Notes: generated by a model not told the origin, from the sequence alone. Numbered from the whole stretch's first letter, positions 48,873 to 62,145 are shown. The stretch is DNA of 63,640 nt, filler included, from Choristocarpus tenellus KU-1152 (GCA_964200185.2; 11 parts of 11 records of this genome joined end to end with filler, not necessarily neighbours in it); one strand, 5' to 3'. A program made the numbers and translations.

Positions 48873-51800
48873 TCAAACTGACCCTGCCATGCCACCACCC
48901 TGTGTGGTCACCATGGAAGCATGGGCCCCGCCGCCTGCTGCTGCCACGTCTGAGCTATCCTGCCTGCTTTGCACATTGTCAGTCCCACCTGAAAAAGCAC
49001 CCTGCATGACGATGTTTCTATTGGTGGCTGTTGTCGGGGAAAAGAAGAAACCACTACTGTTAAGCATTGTGGGACGGCAATTTGAAGGTGGAGATGTTTG
49101 CTGCGCAAGTGCCTTTTCCTCAGGGGTAATCTCAACGGAGTCCACCGCCCAAAGTGAAGGGAAGAGCATCAACAGGGCTAGCCGACTATAGGAGCGCCTG
49201 GTCGTAACATAAACGTAGGGGGTGAAGGGAGAAAAAAAACGCGGCAGTTACGGAGGCATGCGAGGAAGATATCTCTGACCTATTTGAGGTACACTATTTT
49301 AGTGAGTTGGTAGATTATGCTAGGGAAGAAAGAGAGAGTGTACACTGGCCTTGTATTACTAGAATCTAAATATGGGCTGGATCTCATGGCGAAAATGTAT
49401 GTCTACTTCGAAGTTATATATGTAAGGTGTATGTTATCCTCCAAGGCAAGGCAGCATGGAGCAAACATGCCTAATGAGGCTTGCTGGTCGCGACAGCTGA
49501 GATATACTTCCTACAGCAACATCTGCCTCCAACTTTGTACTCTACCACCAAAGCTCTCAGCCGGCCTATACCCTGGCTTTGGAAAAAAAGTTGTAGCTGG
49601 CATTGCGTTTTAGGTGTTTCTCAACTACACCAATTAGCATACTGTGTATGCTGGACACATCTCGGCTGCTTACTGGGATACCTTTTGGCCTCATTGATAA
49701 ATAGTGAATGGGAAATTGCCAGTACCTACTGCAATGTCATTGATGTAGGTGAACAAGTGCGCCCTTATGTGATGAGATTATTTTTCTTCAATTTGTGAAC
49801 GTGGAAATGTTGTCAAGAGTTGGGCAAGAGGATCAGGGTCAGTGTCACGATTAATGCCAAGATTATTGCCAAATTCAGGGCTGTGTGCAGCTCTTCTATA
49901 GCACAACTGGTTCAGGCCAGGTTCAGAGACTGTATGCACCTTGCCATGGGGTTGCCAACGATATTCAGCTCCACAAGATGCGGCAATTCCCCCAATTTAT
50001 CAAGCTCTGGTGGGTCAGACAAGCGGTTTTGGCCAAGGTCTAGACTCTGGATACTCCTTGCTGAGGCTATGCTCGACAATGTTCTGCAGGCAACCCATCA
50101 TAGGAGAGGGAGTGTTCGGAACAGAGAGTAAGCTGGAGTGAAGGAAATGTATGGTCATTGGGTAGGGTGATTAAACCTAACAATGGGCACTTAGAGTGCT
50201 ACGCAAGTGTGGTGGTCCCAGTTTATTGTCTTTGCTGCACAAAAGTCGTGGTATGTGACAAAATGACTGGATCCAATGGAGGGATAGTACTTGTGCAAAA
50301 ACACAGTCGGGTCATGCCAAGATCAGATAAAGAATAAGGAGAAAGGTGTTTCCAAAATGTTGATAATAATAAGAGTGTAGGAGTAGAATGAAAAATATCT
50401 AAATCAACATTTGCACCAACAGAGCAAGCGTACATTCCACATTGAGCCACTAGGATGTACTCTATACTACCAAGACTTAAAAATAAGCATCTTGGGATTA
50501 CTCCACACAGAAGGGGCTTGTCCTGCCTCAATAATATATTGAATACTATGCTCTCAAATCTCTCCAAGAAAAACACCTCAGCTGTTCCTCCTGCTGGAAT
50601 CCTCACCAAAACTACCAATCACTACATATCAATAACAAGGCATGTTCAATTGTCTAGTTGGGTATGAAACACAATGATTGGGAAGAGAGGATGGTAACAA
50701 GGAGGGGGAACATTCCTTTGCCTATGTAGAGCTCGATATCCATCTCTGATTGACTGTTTTTTTGTTGGTGTCTTTTTTTTGGTCCCCTGGAGAGACGATA
50801 TACCCACTTCCATGTGGGCCAAGCATCTCTAGTTTGCTTTCATCTTGAATGGCATATCATAAAGACGCTTGCCTCAGTCCATTGTCTTCCAGTCGGAGCT
50901 TACGCAGGTTTCCCAGGCCATGAAATGCAGACGGAATCAGTTGCCGTATCTTGTTACCAGCCAAGTTCACCTGTGACAGCACCCTCACCGGGGAGGGAGT
51001 GAAAGGTGAAGTGGATAGTGCAATGATAATCTGATAGTATTTTAGAGGGTAGGAGTTTTACCCTGTTTGTCCATTTGGGGCTTGGCTTCCCATGGGGTTT
51101 CTTATGACATTTTCCTACTCTGAAATGTTTCCGAGTAGGTAAAATGTATACGTTATGAAAAGGTGTGTCCGGAACAAGGATGCTGACACTTCCCAACAAA
51201 CAAAAATAGTCAAAATTATATCAAAATCGCAACATTGGATTGTGGCCACCAAATGGACGCGGCTCTACCCTCTAAGATACTTTGGCTCATAACGCAATAA
51301 GGCTTCGTGCTTGGCCTAGAGCTCTGTTACCACACTGTGACATAGGCAAGTAGACGAGGGGAAGGGTACCCCGCTTGTTGCACACTCAGAAGTACTGTAC
51401 AGCATTTGGCATGGGGTACCTGCAGTACAGATGTGCTCACACGTGAATACCTAAATGGTAGCATACCACGTTTCTCTGAGTCCCTCATGATCTGTGAATG
51501 GACAGAGGAGCCTACATACTTTCGAGATAGATGCGTCACAAGAAACACTAAGAAAGGTCCAGGTTACCTCGACCAGTTTGCCACAGCGATTTAGACCAGA
51601 CAAATTTGTAATGTTATTCCTCTGAAGGTCAATAGCCAATAAACGGGGCATGCTCTCGAGGTGGAGAGCTGTGATGTCTGCTATTCGGTTGTAACCAAGG
51701 TGCAGCACCTGTGGTCGATGGCAGCATGTTTTTGGTTGAATGGACATTACGATGAAGGGGTATGTGGTAGTTAATGAATTGTTGGGAGAGGAGAGGTTTA

Positions 51801-54800
51801 ATAGGACCCCAGGAGATAAAATATTGTTGGTGGCCCAATGAAATCTAAGAAGGTTTTTCTTCTGCAACAAGAGGAAGGGAATACGCTTACAATTCATCTT
51901 TCGAAGCAATTGAACAAAACAGCACAACTGCAGGAATCACTAAATGGTCAGTGAAGCATTCTGAGAAGACAAAGAAGGGTTGCTTGATATCGATCTCATG
52001 TACTTCTTCTTTAGTCTAATACCCTAACAGCAGGAAAGAACACCCAAGTCCCAGTTACACCAGTGAGAGTGGCATCAGAGATAAAGTATCTTAGAGGGTA
52101 GACCCGCGTCCATTTGGGGGTCAAAATCCAATGATGCGATTTTGATGAAATTTTGGCTATCGTGTTTGTTAGGAAGTGTCAATGTCCATGTTCCGGACGC
52201 ACGTTTTCATAACATATACACATTACCTACTCCGAAACATTTTGGAGTAGGAAAATATCATAAATCCCCGAGGGAAGCCAAGCCCCAAATGGACAAACAG
52301 GGCAAACCTCGTTCCCTCTTAGATACTTTCACCCATCGCTATAGTAAGCACAGCATGGAAGAGGCACTTCCATGATATCATTGTCAATCTGCACATCGAC
52401 TGTGTAGAGCAGACACTCTACGACACATCCATTCTCACTTGGGGTCAGCGTACGATTTGCTGTTTAGAGTGATATTTTGTCCACATTTCCATACCAACTT
52501 GTCGAAATATCCATGGACTTCAAAACTGGTTCCATCCACAATGTTCCCATCATGTATCCAAGTAGTGATAGAAATACATACTTCGAAATGCTTAACAGTA
52601 TTCTATTAGTGCTTCTGTCCCCTCAAAAAAACAAAGAACGAACTCCAAGCTGAGCCTATTTCTGTTGACACAGTGTGCCTCATGGATTTTTACATTTTTA
52701 TCATAGCATATGTTGAAATTTCTTGTTTTTCTGGAATTTGCTTGGGGCTGTGGCAATGCTCAAGCTTCACTCTCGACAATATAGCTTTCATGCTTGCTCA
52801 CCAACATGCTTGCTTTCAAGTTACACACTATGATGATGTTTGTAAGAGAATGAGGCGTTTGTTTGTGACAATTATATTTTAATGGGTTATTGATACATGT
52901 CATATGAACTGAGACCAAGGGTAATGTGGCGCAAGGTGGGTAACATATTACTGCACACCTCTAGGTGGGTGAAAACGCCTTTTAAGTTATCAGGAGTATC
53001 CTCGCCAGTGTCGTCATCCATATCCCCAATCTGTTCTCACGAAAGAGTTGGGCAAAGGGGCAAAGGAAGACCAAAATGAACAGATTTTCCATGCTACTAG
53101 TTACTGCACGATCCTGTATTGAAAAAAACTGCAGTCGATCATCATTTTGATAAAACACCTAGTCCAAAAATTTGACTAAGTCTGAGAGTACATATTAGTT
53201 GCATTAATTGCTACTCGGAGTATTACGTACCGTACTGTTCAATAATTTGACTAAGTGTGAGAGTACGTCATATTAGTTGTGTTAATTTATTACTACGCAG
53301 AGTATTTATATTGAGGTCTTAGTATATCCATATGTATTGTGAGGGGATGACGAGGAGGAGAGAGAACCCATTGCATCTAATATCACAGGTAGAACAGAAT
53401 TTTTGAAGGAAGTGAATATCAGTTGGTAATCAGTGGGCTGCATTCCTCTTCCTACTACTAGAATGTCGAAAGGTGAAGGAGGCCATCATAAGGGTCAGCC
53501 AAACATATCATGAATCTCACTAAGAAAATTACACAAGATCCGAACAGGTATGTACTTGGACTTGGTTTCATCTTGTATGCACACACCCTATCTATCCTAT
53601 TGTGACTGAGGCGGAGCACTCCCAGCAAGGGCAGCTGACCAAGGACTGCAAATGATGTTATGAGGTTGTTGTCCAGGTTGAGCTCACGCAATTTTATAAA
53701 CCCAAGTGATGGAATGACCTGGAAAGGGGGAGGGGGTCGTCCAAATAGGTTTGAAGAGTGGGTGGGAGGGTGAATCGTTGGAGTGATAAAAATGTGCTTA
53801 CATCACAGGCATATGTTTTAGTGACTTTTGAAGCTAAGGGTAATGGACTTAAATTTGAAGATATTTCCCAGACGAGAAATTTAAATCTCAAGCCTCCAGT
53901 AGAAAGAGCAAGAGTCGATGATGATGGCTATAGGAACATACTCCCTCTGTCCTATAAGCCTTCGACATATGAAATTTCTCATTTTGTTTTGACCGCTTCT
54001 TCACGAATACGAGGACTTGGTTAGTGATATATGGGTAAAATTGAAAATCTATATATAATTGTTGGAAGAGAATTTTGGTTTTCGCATTTTCTTCGAAATA
54101 TTTCTGAATCAGTTGCGAGAAGTGCAACCGAAAAAACGATCCTATTCGACCCCATTATCAGTGCATGTTCTATATGACCCAAAGTATCTGGGAGGGGGGG
54201 GGAGTCTACACCAGGGTGTCCATCTGGGCCAAAACCAGGAAAAGTGCACTTACCTCATCCATCGGACGTATGCAACCAAATCACCCCAAAATCGCGACAT
54301 GAAAAAATTGGCCCCAACTGGACAACCACCACCCCCCCCAGATACTTTGGCTCATATCTGGGGACGGGTACAACGCCCCCCCATCGTCACACAACATCTC
54401 AGTACCTCGCCAAGAGCTTTATGACTTTCACTTAGCCTCCGGACCATCTGCAACGTGAGTCCCGTAGTCAATACGGTCACTATGGCGAGTCCACCATCTT
54501 TCGCTCGAAGCCCATCCACCCAGGATAAAACTTGCGAGCTGAGCGAGAAAGGACCAAACGCGCTGGCCGTACGCTACACTTTAGCGATACCTCCAAGTAA
54601 GAAACGGCTTCTGAAAAGGTGGGCCTGGGAGGCCTCCACCAAGGTACGGCACAAGAGAGGCGTTCTTAAGGTGATGTTCATCTACACCGTTTCGTGCCAG
54701 ATCCTTCCTGCGGTTTCGATGGCAAGATCGGCATCTGGTGTGTTTGCGTCATCAAAAACACGCAGAGAAATTTGGCCCGCCGCTAGAGGGGACAGCAGTA

Positions 54801-55791
54801 CGACTTTGATGTGACCATCGACGCCGAGTGGTACAGGCTTTTCTCCCCGCATTGAAAGAAAATTGTTGTGTTTGGAGGGTGAGGAGGTGGTCTCGCATCA
54901 GAACTGAGCGACCCCCAACGGGAAAAGACACGTCATGAAAGCTCAACGAAGTTGGGAGGAAGGGAGGGAGGGAGGGCGGAATATCAAGCTCGTAACGCAG
55001 CCTGCGCAGTCACCTGATCTCAATGTCAACGATTTGGGGTTCTTTGCATCCCTAAAACGTAGAGTTTGGAGGGAGCGATACTATACTATAGGCAACCTTG
55101 TGAAGGGGATAAAGAGCATCTCTGACACGTACTACGCAGCTACTTTAGAAAGGGTATGGCAGAGCCTCCTTAAGCGGTACAATCAAGTTTTGAAGGCGCT
55201 AGGGGCGAACGTTTTCGAGGTATAGCACACCGGAACGAAGAAAATGCAGTGTGAGGGAAGTCTGACAAAGTCAGTCAGAATTGGCAGAGGAGCTTTCAAC
55301 ACGGCGGTGGATTGATGGGACAAGGAGAGCGACAAAGAATGATTTCACGTAAAATATATCAATGAATCCAACGAAAAAACAGTTTTGTCATAGGAGCTCA
55401 TCTTTGAATGTGACACCCTTAACTTCACAGACTTATGGGACAGACGGAGTATGAAAAACCCTAGTCTGAGACCTGAATTTGGTTATATATAGATGCAAGG
55501 CAGTAGTCGGTACATTTCTACCTTCATCCCTAGAGGGTGTTAGAGTGAGTAACGCCGCCACAAACGGTCTATACAGAAGTGGAATTGCAGAGGAACAGGA
55601 TCAAAGTGGGTTCTCCCAACCACACTACGTGAGTCAAGTGTCATGAGTGTCAACACTCTAGAAAATCGCTACATGTTTTATCTATTTTTTGGCACCTCAA
55701 TGTTCCTCCACTTGCTTCTGCTCATGTCAAGGTATTTGAGTGTGTTGACCTTATCTGAACCACACCTGGCTGTTATCACCTGCTCGGTCAC
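48873..55791 (-). CDS. LRRC9: leucine-rich repeat-containing protein 9 (axonemal LRRC9), C-terminal exons; 5' part outside the contig
   Basis: Exons 55791-55696, 53718-53587, 53030-52959, 51708-51568, 50970-50873 (GC donor), 50083-49940 and 49197-48873 splice in frame; LRELNLDNNLITSF...HLEVLHLGYNRI...LRLEDNGLR...ELDKL...GNPMARR plus LRRcap follow the LRRC9 C-terminal LRR block as I recall it. Confidence 0.85.
51029..51288 (+). mobile_element. MITE family A in an LRRC9 intron
   Basis: Family A body; right TIR taccctctaagatactttggctc; flank duplication ata(a). Confidence 0.88.
52078..52334 (-). mobile_element. MITE family A in an LRRC9 intron
   Basis: TIRs gagataaagtatcttagagggta / ttccctcttagatactttcaccc; flanks atca / atcg. 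Confidence 0.88.
54176..54353 (-). mobile_element. MITE family B nested in the mariner element
   Basis: TIRs gacccaaagtatctgggagggg / ccccccagatactttggctc; perfect TSD atat. Confidence 0.9.
54640..55225 (+). pseudogene. mariner (plant MLE-type) transposase pseudogene, catalytic-domain remnant
   Basis: KVRHKRGVLKVMF, frameshift, FDGKIGIW, decayed HQN*ATP (QQDxAxPH position), QPAQSPDLNVNDLGFFASL; N-terminal part deleted. Confidence 0.85.
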
Positions 55792-56075
55792 CTATTTTTT
55801 TTAGGGAGAGGGAAGAAAATTACCACAACATCAGCATACAGTTCCTTTGCGAAGGGGAATCGTCTGAGGCTCATAACCTGTTCAAATCTGAATCAAATGC
55901 ATCGTACATGTAGGTAAAATGCGTAGACTACTAGCAATGAGGAATCATGGTGTTGCGAAGCACCGATGAGTAATATGCGTAGTCTATGTTATGTATAGGC
56001 ATGATTGTGCTGCAAAGCACCGATGTAAATATTATGTTGTAGCTGAGGTCATTGATCTCTCAGTCAAGAATTATG

Positions 56076-56175
56076 NNNNNNNNNNNNNNNNNNNNNNNNN
56101 NNNNNNNNNNNNNNNNNNNTTAATTAATTAANNNNNNNNNNNNNNNNNNNNNNNNNNNNNNNNNNNNNNNNNNNN
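56076..56175. other. artificial contig-joining linker
   Basis: N44-TTAATTAATTAA-N44. Confidence 0.97.
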
Positions 56176-56786
56176 GGTGCCTCGCGAGAAAAAAAAAAAA
56201 TTGTTATTTGTTCCTGGGGGGGAGGAGCAACAAACCATTTGTTTTTCCCCCCCCCCCCCCCCCCCCTAACCCTTTTACCTTACTGTGATCAATGTTACAC
56301 TCCTCCGCCTTTTCCTCCAACCACACCTCTGTAGGTACTTGAATGGATCAATAAAAAAACTGAACATACAATATATTCATGACAAACGATTCCTACGAAA
56401 TTGTCCCCTTCCTGTCATGAGGGTGCAACAATGACCCCCCGCAAAAACTGGCTCTATTCTGCTACAGCCAGGAAGCCACTTGGGGAGATGAGATAGGGAC
56501 ACCGATCTCGTTTGGGGGTGCTCCACAATCACACGTCCCAAACAAACACAAGAAATCGCACTTGTGCCATCTAACGATTTTGCTTTCGAAATTGCATTAC
56601 TACCACAACAGCAACCGTTTGAAGTATAACCAATTATCCCTAAACCAATTAACAATACTATATTATCGCTACTTTACACAACATGATACTGTATGTAGTA
56701 TCAAGGCATACTATCCGAAGATCACAACAGCTTCAAATGACCACTTTCAAAATACACCAGTGACAAGTATTCCTGAGTGGCAATAC

Positions 56787-58345
56787 CTTGCAGTGAGGGC
56801 AATCTCTTGTTGAAAGTCCTTCACCAGTCGGCATGTAATGTTCACCCTCTCTTTGATCTCACATGCCTCCTCTCTGACACCTCCCGGCCTTCCTGACACC
56901 CCACCCAAGGGATGTGTAGAAAGAGTCCTTCTTGCTGTGGGTCGGTAATGCGAAAAAATCTTCATGGGAATAGGTGTGAGGGGGGGGGGGGGCAGAGATG
57001 TGATTAAAAGAAACACCACAGAAACACACTACATCAACTTTGATTAGGGCAGGGGTAGAGTTAGGTGATAAGAGCAGTTTTCAAACCTCCCATTTCAACG
57101 CATCTATAGACTATGTACTCCCAATCAAGATTTAGATATTTATATATTGAACAGAAAACAAAAACGTAGCAAGAAGATGATACTAATGTTGGAAGTATAC
57201 TTCATGAAAGCACACCCATGCAGAAACAACTGAAGTCAACTAATTCAATCCGAGTCTAATGTTGGGGGGTAACAACACCAACGAGCCAACGAGCAATTCC
57301 AAGGAGAAAAATGACTCGAGATAAGCTTCTTATTTGCAGGCCACATCGCATGGAGAGCACTTTGATACTTGCTAAGGCTCTCCACACACACTGGGCACTT
57401 CCTGGGCATTCAAAAAAGCTGAACACGAAGAGAATCACATAGTAGCACACAACAACATTCTCAGCCAAGGGTTACAAATGGAGTCGAACAAACAAACAGC
57501 ACAGTACACCCTTTCGAACACTCAATCATATGGCAGAGTACGCAGCCTGCTTGAAACCCATCCTTGTGCTGGACACATCAAATAGTTTCATGTTTGAAGC
57601 ATTTAAGAGGGTTAGGAGTTATGCCATGTTTTTCATTTGGGGCTTGGCTTAGGGTTAGGGTTTTTATGCCCCCTTTTTTTTCCGGTTTTCCATGTGAACA
57701 CATTTACCTAAAATGTGTATGACTACGAAAGGTGAGTCTGGAGCATTTGATTAATTTCAGGATATTGACACTTCCTAACAAACACACTACCCGAAATTCA
57801 TCAAAATCGCAACATTGGATTTATGACCCCAAACGGATGCGGCCCTACCCTCTTAAATTCTTTGGGTCTTTGTTGCCCAAAGCATTTGATGTATATATAA
57901 TTATATCATCACTTGGGTTACACTATTGAAAACAATACTAAGGTGAATACAACAGGGGTATACCTCTTTGTGTCAACTCCTGTCCGCCAATTGACAAGCA
58001 CATGAAAGTATTCCATACACTACAAATAACACATACGTGCCACTGAAAGAGGCTATCGCTGCAAAAACCAACCATACACACCCTTGTGGGTTTAAAAAGG
58101 GCAGACAAAAAAACAACTGGCGGAATGAAACAAAACCTTTGTATAAAATTCGAAACCTCTGACCTCGATCCCCCCTCCACTAAAGCAAAACAGGAGAGGT
58201 ACAATAGTGATTCAATACGTCCTCCGCTACTGGCAAGTGCTAAGCTCAAAAAACAAAAAATAAAAGCAGATGAATTTCTAATGCGCCTCTCACTTCATGC
58301 GCCTAACCAGGCTCATACCTGGTGTTCTCACTAAGGCAAGACAAA

Positions 58346-58380
<35 letters not shown>

Positions 58381-60127
58381 TGGGGTCACAACAGTAGCGT
58401 TCCATTAAAAGCACATCCCATAATAGTCACACTGGAAAACCTCACTCCACTCCAATCCAATCACAACACACACCCCCACGCAATCTAAACAACAGAAAAT
58501 ACTTCCTCACCTGCAAGCGAGTATTGGCCTCAACATTCACGGACTTGAACTGCTTGAGAGTCACAGCTGACAGCGAAAAGTTCAACTCTGAAGTTGGCAG
58601 CGAGCATGACAGCTGGAACTCCAGGGGCATAGAGGCGTGATTCTGAATCACGAACGAACGTCTCTGGTACAGCTTACCCTCGTAGACATCCCCATAGTCC
58701 AGCAAAAGAGGCTGGGTCTGCCCTCCCACCCCACCAACCCCATTGCCTCCCCCAACTCCAGAGCTGCCATCTGACACCCCCCCAACTGATCCTGATATGC
58801 CCCCCCCTGTCACAATTGCTCCAGAACCCCCTCCCCCAGCACTAGGCACACTAGATCCAGGCCCTCTTGTGACCCCTAACGAACTGCCTCCACCACTGCT
58901 ACCAACACTGCCACCAACAACATTTTCCCCTCCCACCGCCCCCCCGGAGGCGCCCATCAACATATCAAACGATGGGGCTACTGGAGATACCAGTACAGTG
59001 AAAAGGGGCTTGCCTGTTCCGTCTGGTCGACCCTCTACCACCTCCATCTCTACACGAACTACCTGGCATCAATAGGTTGGGGCGAGTGGGGGTGGAGGTA
59101 GGTTTAGGGAGAGGGATCCAGGTCAGAAAGAGAGTGAGGTGTGGCAACTACGGCAGAGGCTTGGCAGTGGAAATCGATAAAATGTGTATTGTGAGGAGAG
59201 GGGGAGAGAGGGGGGGAGAGGGGGGGAGAGGGGGCTTGGTGTGAGTATGTAGTGGGTTTATTTCCTCGTCAACAAGTTGAAAATAAATTGAGATGAAATG
59301 ATTTAAAAAAAAGAAAAATATTCTTGTTTTTGAAATGGATGTCCAGAAGAGGGCATCTGAGATCAAGAGCGTGGTGCTCAGACAATCACCAGGCAATGAT
59401 TTCTCAAACTTGAATGGTGGCAGCACCTCCATGCATATGTCTACCCCATCAAATCAACCCTCGCTTTTGATGATTCCGCCTGGAATCATTGTGTAGGGGC
59501 TGTCAATAGGAAAGCAGAGGTCCTACTGAGATATCCTACAGAAATTTCGAAACCCATTTTTTTTGTGACACCTCCACCATGCCGTCTAAGGAAGAGGAAC
59601 CTCCAAGCGCATGCCTGGCCTCTCCCCATGAGAACAAGAGTTATCAATAAGCCAAAAAAGGGATGAATTTCCCAATGGCAAAATCTCGAACCTTCTCAAG
59701 TGCAATGGGATATTGCAACAAAAAAATGAAGCCAGCACATCTTTTAAACAAAACATCAAAATAGTACCAAGTAAAAAATAATATATATATACATACATAT
59801 TTTTCAATGCAGGTAACCTTCAGGTATTGCACCGTCACTTCCAGACACGTAGCAATATAGAGTCAACAAACCATCCCGAATGGCAATGCACAAGCACTGT
59901 AAAAAGTGCACATTGGACTTCATAGCACGCACTCTCCAAATAGCCCAGCATATACTCCCTACACACAAACGACACATAGGAATATATCAAAAAACATACT
60001 ATTATTATTAAATAAAGTAGTTCTTTTTAAGCCACACCTTGAAATCAGCAGGGTTTGCAAGATTCTCAACAACCATATATGTGGAGAATACCCCCAGTCG
60101 ACTTCGATTGAAGTAAAGCGTCACCTC
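56787..60127 (-). CDS. internal exons of a large protein with Ig-like (ASH/PapD-like) beta-sandwich repeats
   Basis: Exons 60127-60038, 59062-58511 and 56959-56787 splice in frame; VENLANPADFKVVRVEMEV; LDYGDVYEG...RSFVIQNHASMPLEFQL...VNVEANTRLQIFSHYRP...VNITCRLVKDFQQEIALTA has the ldFG.v......f.i.N....pl.f pattern; Gly-rich insert. Confidence 0.72.
57592..57868 (+). mobile_element. MITE family A, diverged, carrying a TTAGGG replacement
   Basis: Family A core gatattgacacttcctaacaaacac; right end taccctcttaaattctttgggtc. Confidence 0.82.
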
Positions 60128-60307
60128 CTGTATCACACATGGGGGAGGGATTGCCAGCCGTGGGAGCACAAAACACATTTACATAGATGTGACGCAAATG
60201 CAGGGGGAAGGGGAAGGGGAGGGGGGGGAGGAAAGCAGGGGCAAGAGGGCAGATGGCAGGAGGGTCAGGGGGGGGAGGGAGGGGGGGGGGGGGGGACATA
60301 GGAAACA

Positions 60308-60407
60308 NNNNNNNNNNNNNNNNNNNNNNNNNNNNNNNNNNNNNNNNNNNNTTAATTAATTAANNNNNNNNNNNNNNNNNNNNNNNNNNNNNNNNNNNNN
60401 NNNNNNN
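60308..60407. other. artificial contig-joining linker
   Basis: N44-TTAATTAATTAA-N44. Confidence 0.97.
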
Positions 60408-60437
60408 CCCTTCCCCCCCCCCAGATACTTTAGGTCA
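60408..60437. mobile_element. MITE family B terminal fragment
   Basis: ccccccagatactttaggtc TIR at the contig start. Confidence 0.6.
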
Positions 60438-60947
60438 ACTTTAAAACACTTGGTCACTTGGTCTATTTTCTCGTTGGGCTGTCCATGATTGAGGGATATA
60501 GGGTTTGCTCACTATGCAAGAGTCCCTGGGAACTGGGGGATATGCAACAGCAAAGGATACCATTTTGGTCCTCTCAAACCTAATATTGGGGAAAATGCAG
60601 CATATAGAGATGGATGCTGTGAGCGCCCCTTTCCCTGTGGTTGGATCATTGTGTTTGGAGTAGTCTTAGTACATCACAGGCATATACGCCTTCCCCAGGG
60701 AGCTGCTTACGAGATGGCCCCTCTTTGAGTTTGTCCATACCCTAACCCTAACCCGACGGAGATGGCATCTCTACAACACCCCCATCCCCCAAACACTCCC
60801 CATCAATTTTCCTGAAAAAATTGGCTGTAGGGTGTCTGTCGTCTGCTCAACAACTACAACACCGCCTTTAATGACATGAGGTCAAAGTGCGTTACCATCA
60901 TCAACATCAACCACTGTATCGGCAGGATAAGGGGGGGATATAGAAAA

Positions 60948-60987
60948 AAGAAGAAGAAGAAGAAGAAGAAGAAGAAGAAGAAGAAGA
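60948..60987. repeat. (AAG)n microsatellite
   Basis: About 13 perfect aag units. Confidence 0.95.
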
Positions 60988-61196
60988 GCAAAGCCATCCA
61001 TCCTATTGGTCTAATTGTTCCCCTTCGTGGCATATCCCCCCCCCCTCCCCTTGAGCGCGATCATTGTCTGTTCTTGATACTCACTGAAACACTTCTGCGC
61101 TCAAAGCAACTACATCTGATCTATGTCCAATTAAAACCACCAGGGTGTTTGCGACCTCCTGGATGCGGCCCGCGGCTATCCCGGAAGAGTACTCAC

Positions 61197-61287
61197 CTCC
61201 TTGCCTGTCATTGTGTGCTCCATAAGGCAAGCCGTGATGTCCAAGAATGTAGACACTCTCCTGTTTGCCTGCAAGGCAATCAGGATG
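61197..61287 (-). CDS. possible isolated exon
   Basis: cag|...GAG|gtgagt boundaries; open frame ILIALQANRRVSTFLDITACLMEHTMTGKE; no recognisable domain. Confidence 0.3.
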
Positions 61288-61589
61288 CTGGTCACCGGGC
61301 ACAGAAAGGTGAAGGGTTAGGGTTGTGACTTGAAGCAGCTGGCGCCGTATTACGCTTTTTCAATGTGGAAAAATCCCTGAATATTCTGAAGGAGCGGGTA
61401 CCCCAACTCTATTATTATTGAGACGCTGCTCATTCTACGAGTTCCTGCCTTGGAACAGATTATTCTTCTCAGAACTATTAGTTCGAAGGGTGCGGCACTT
61501 GTGGAACAATTTTTCCATGTACTAACTACATTGTGTTAGTTCTCACTCATCTACACTCTACACTCCAGCAGATGATACTGCAACATGAA

Positions 61590-61911
61590 GGAGGAGGGTA
61601 GGTGTTTTGCCCTCTTTGTCCGGTTCGGGGATTGATTTCCCACAGTTTTTTTTTAATGCTCTTTTTTCGTTTTTTTTGTGAACGCAGTTACATAAATGCA
61701 GTTACATAAGCACAGTTACATAAACACAGTTACTTGAACACAGTTACATAAATACAGTTATATAAATAAAATGTGTGCGACTGTAAGAGGTGTGTCCGGA
61801 ACAAGGATAATTGACACTTGCTAACAAACATGAAAGCCAAAATTACATCAAAATTGATTTATGAATGACCCCAAACGGATGCGGCTCTCATTTCTTAATA
61901 TGCTTTGGCTG
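61590..61911 (+). mobile_element. MITE family A, diverged, with an internal 14-bp tandem expansion
   Basis: gagggtaggtgttttgccct start; about 6 x cagttacataaa(ca) at 61684-61766; ttgacacttgctaacaaaca core. Confidence 0.72.
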
Positions 61912-62145
61912 AGAGCACAGTTCCAGAACGTTCTGTGAAACTTCCCTGTGACGCCTGTCATCCATCTCACACTCTGGGTGAAGGTTCCATAAAATATGTA
62001 ACCCTAACCCTAACCCCCAAAAAAATCCTCCATGTGGAATAAATGATGAATTTCATGCACTCAGGGCTGTGGGGGCGTGTTAAATTTTAGACATTATTAT
62101 TCTCTTTCAGGGAATACAAACAACACCCAAGATTGCAATGGTATC

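Larger units (their letters stand above)
53941..55449 (+). mobile_element. defective mariner-like DNA transposon of the plant MLE (Stowaway-TIR) type, inside an LRRC9 intron
   Basis: TA TSDs at 53939-40 and 55450-51; TIRs ctccctctgtcctataag / cttatgggacagacggag; transposase remnants inside. Confidence 0.9.
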
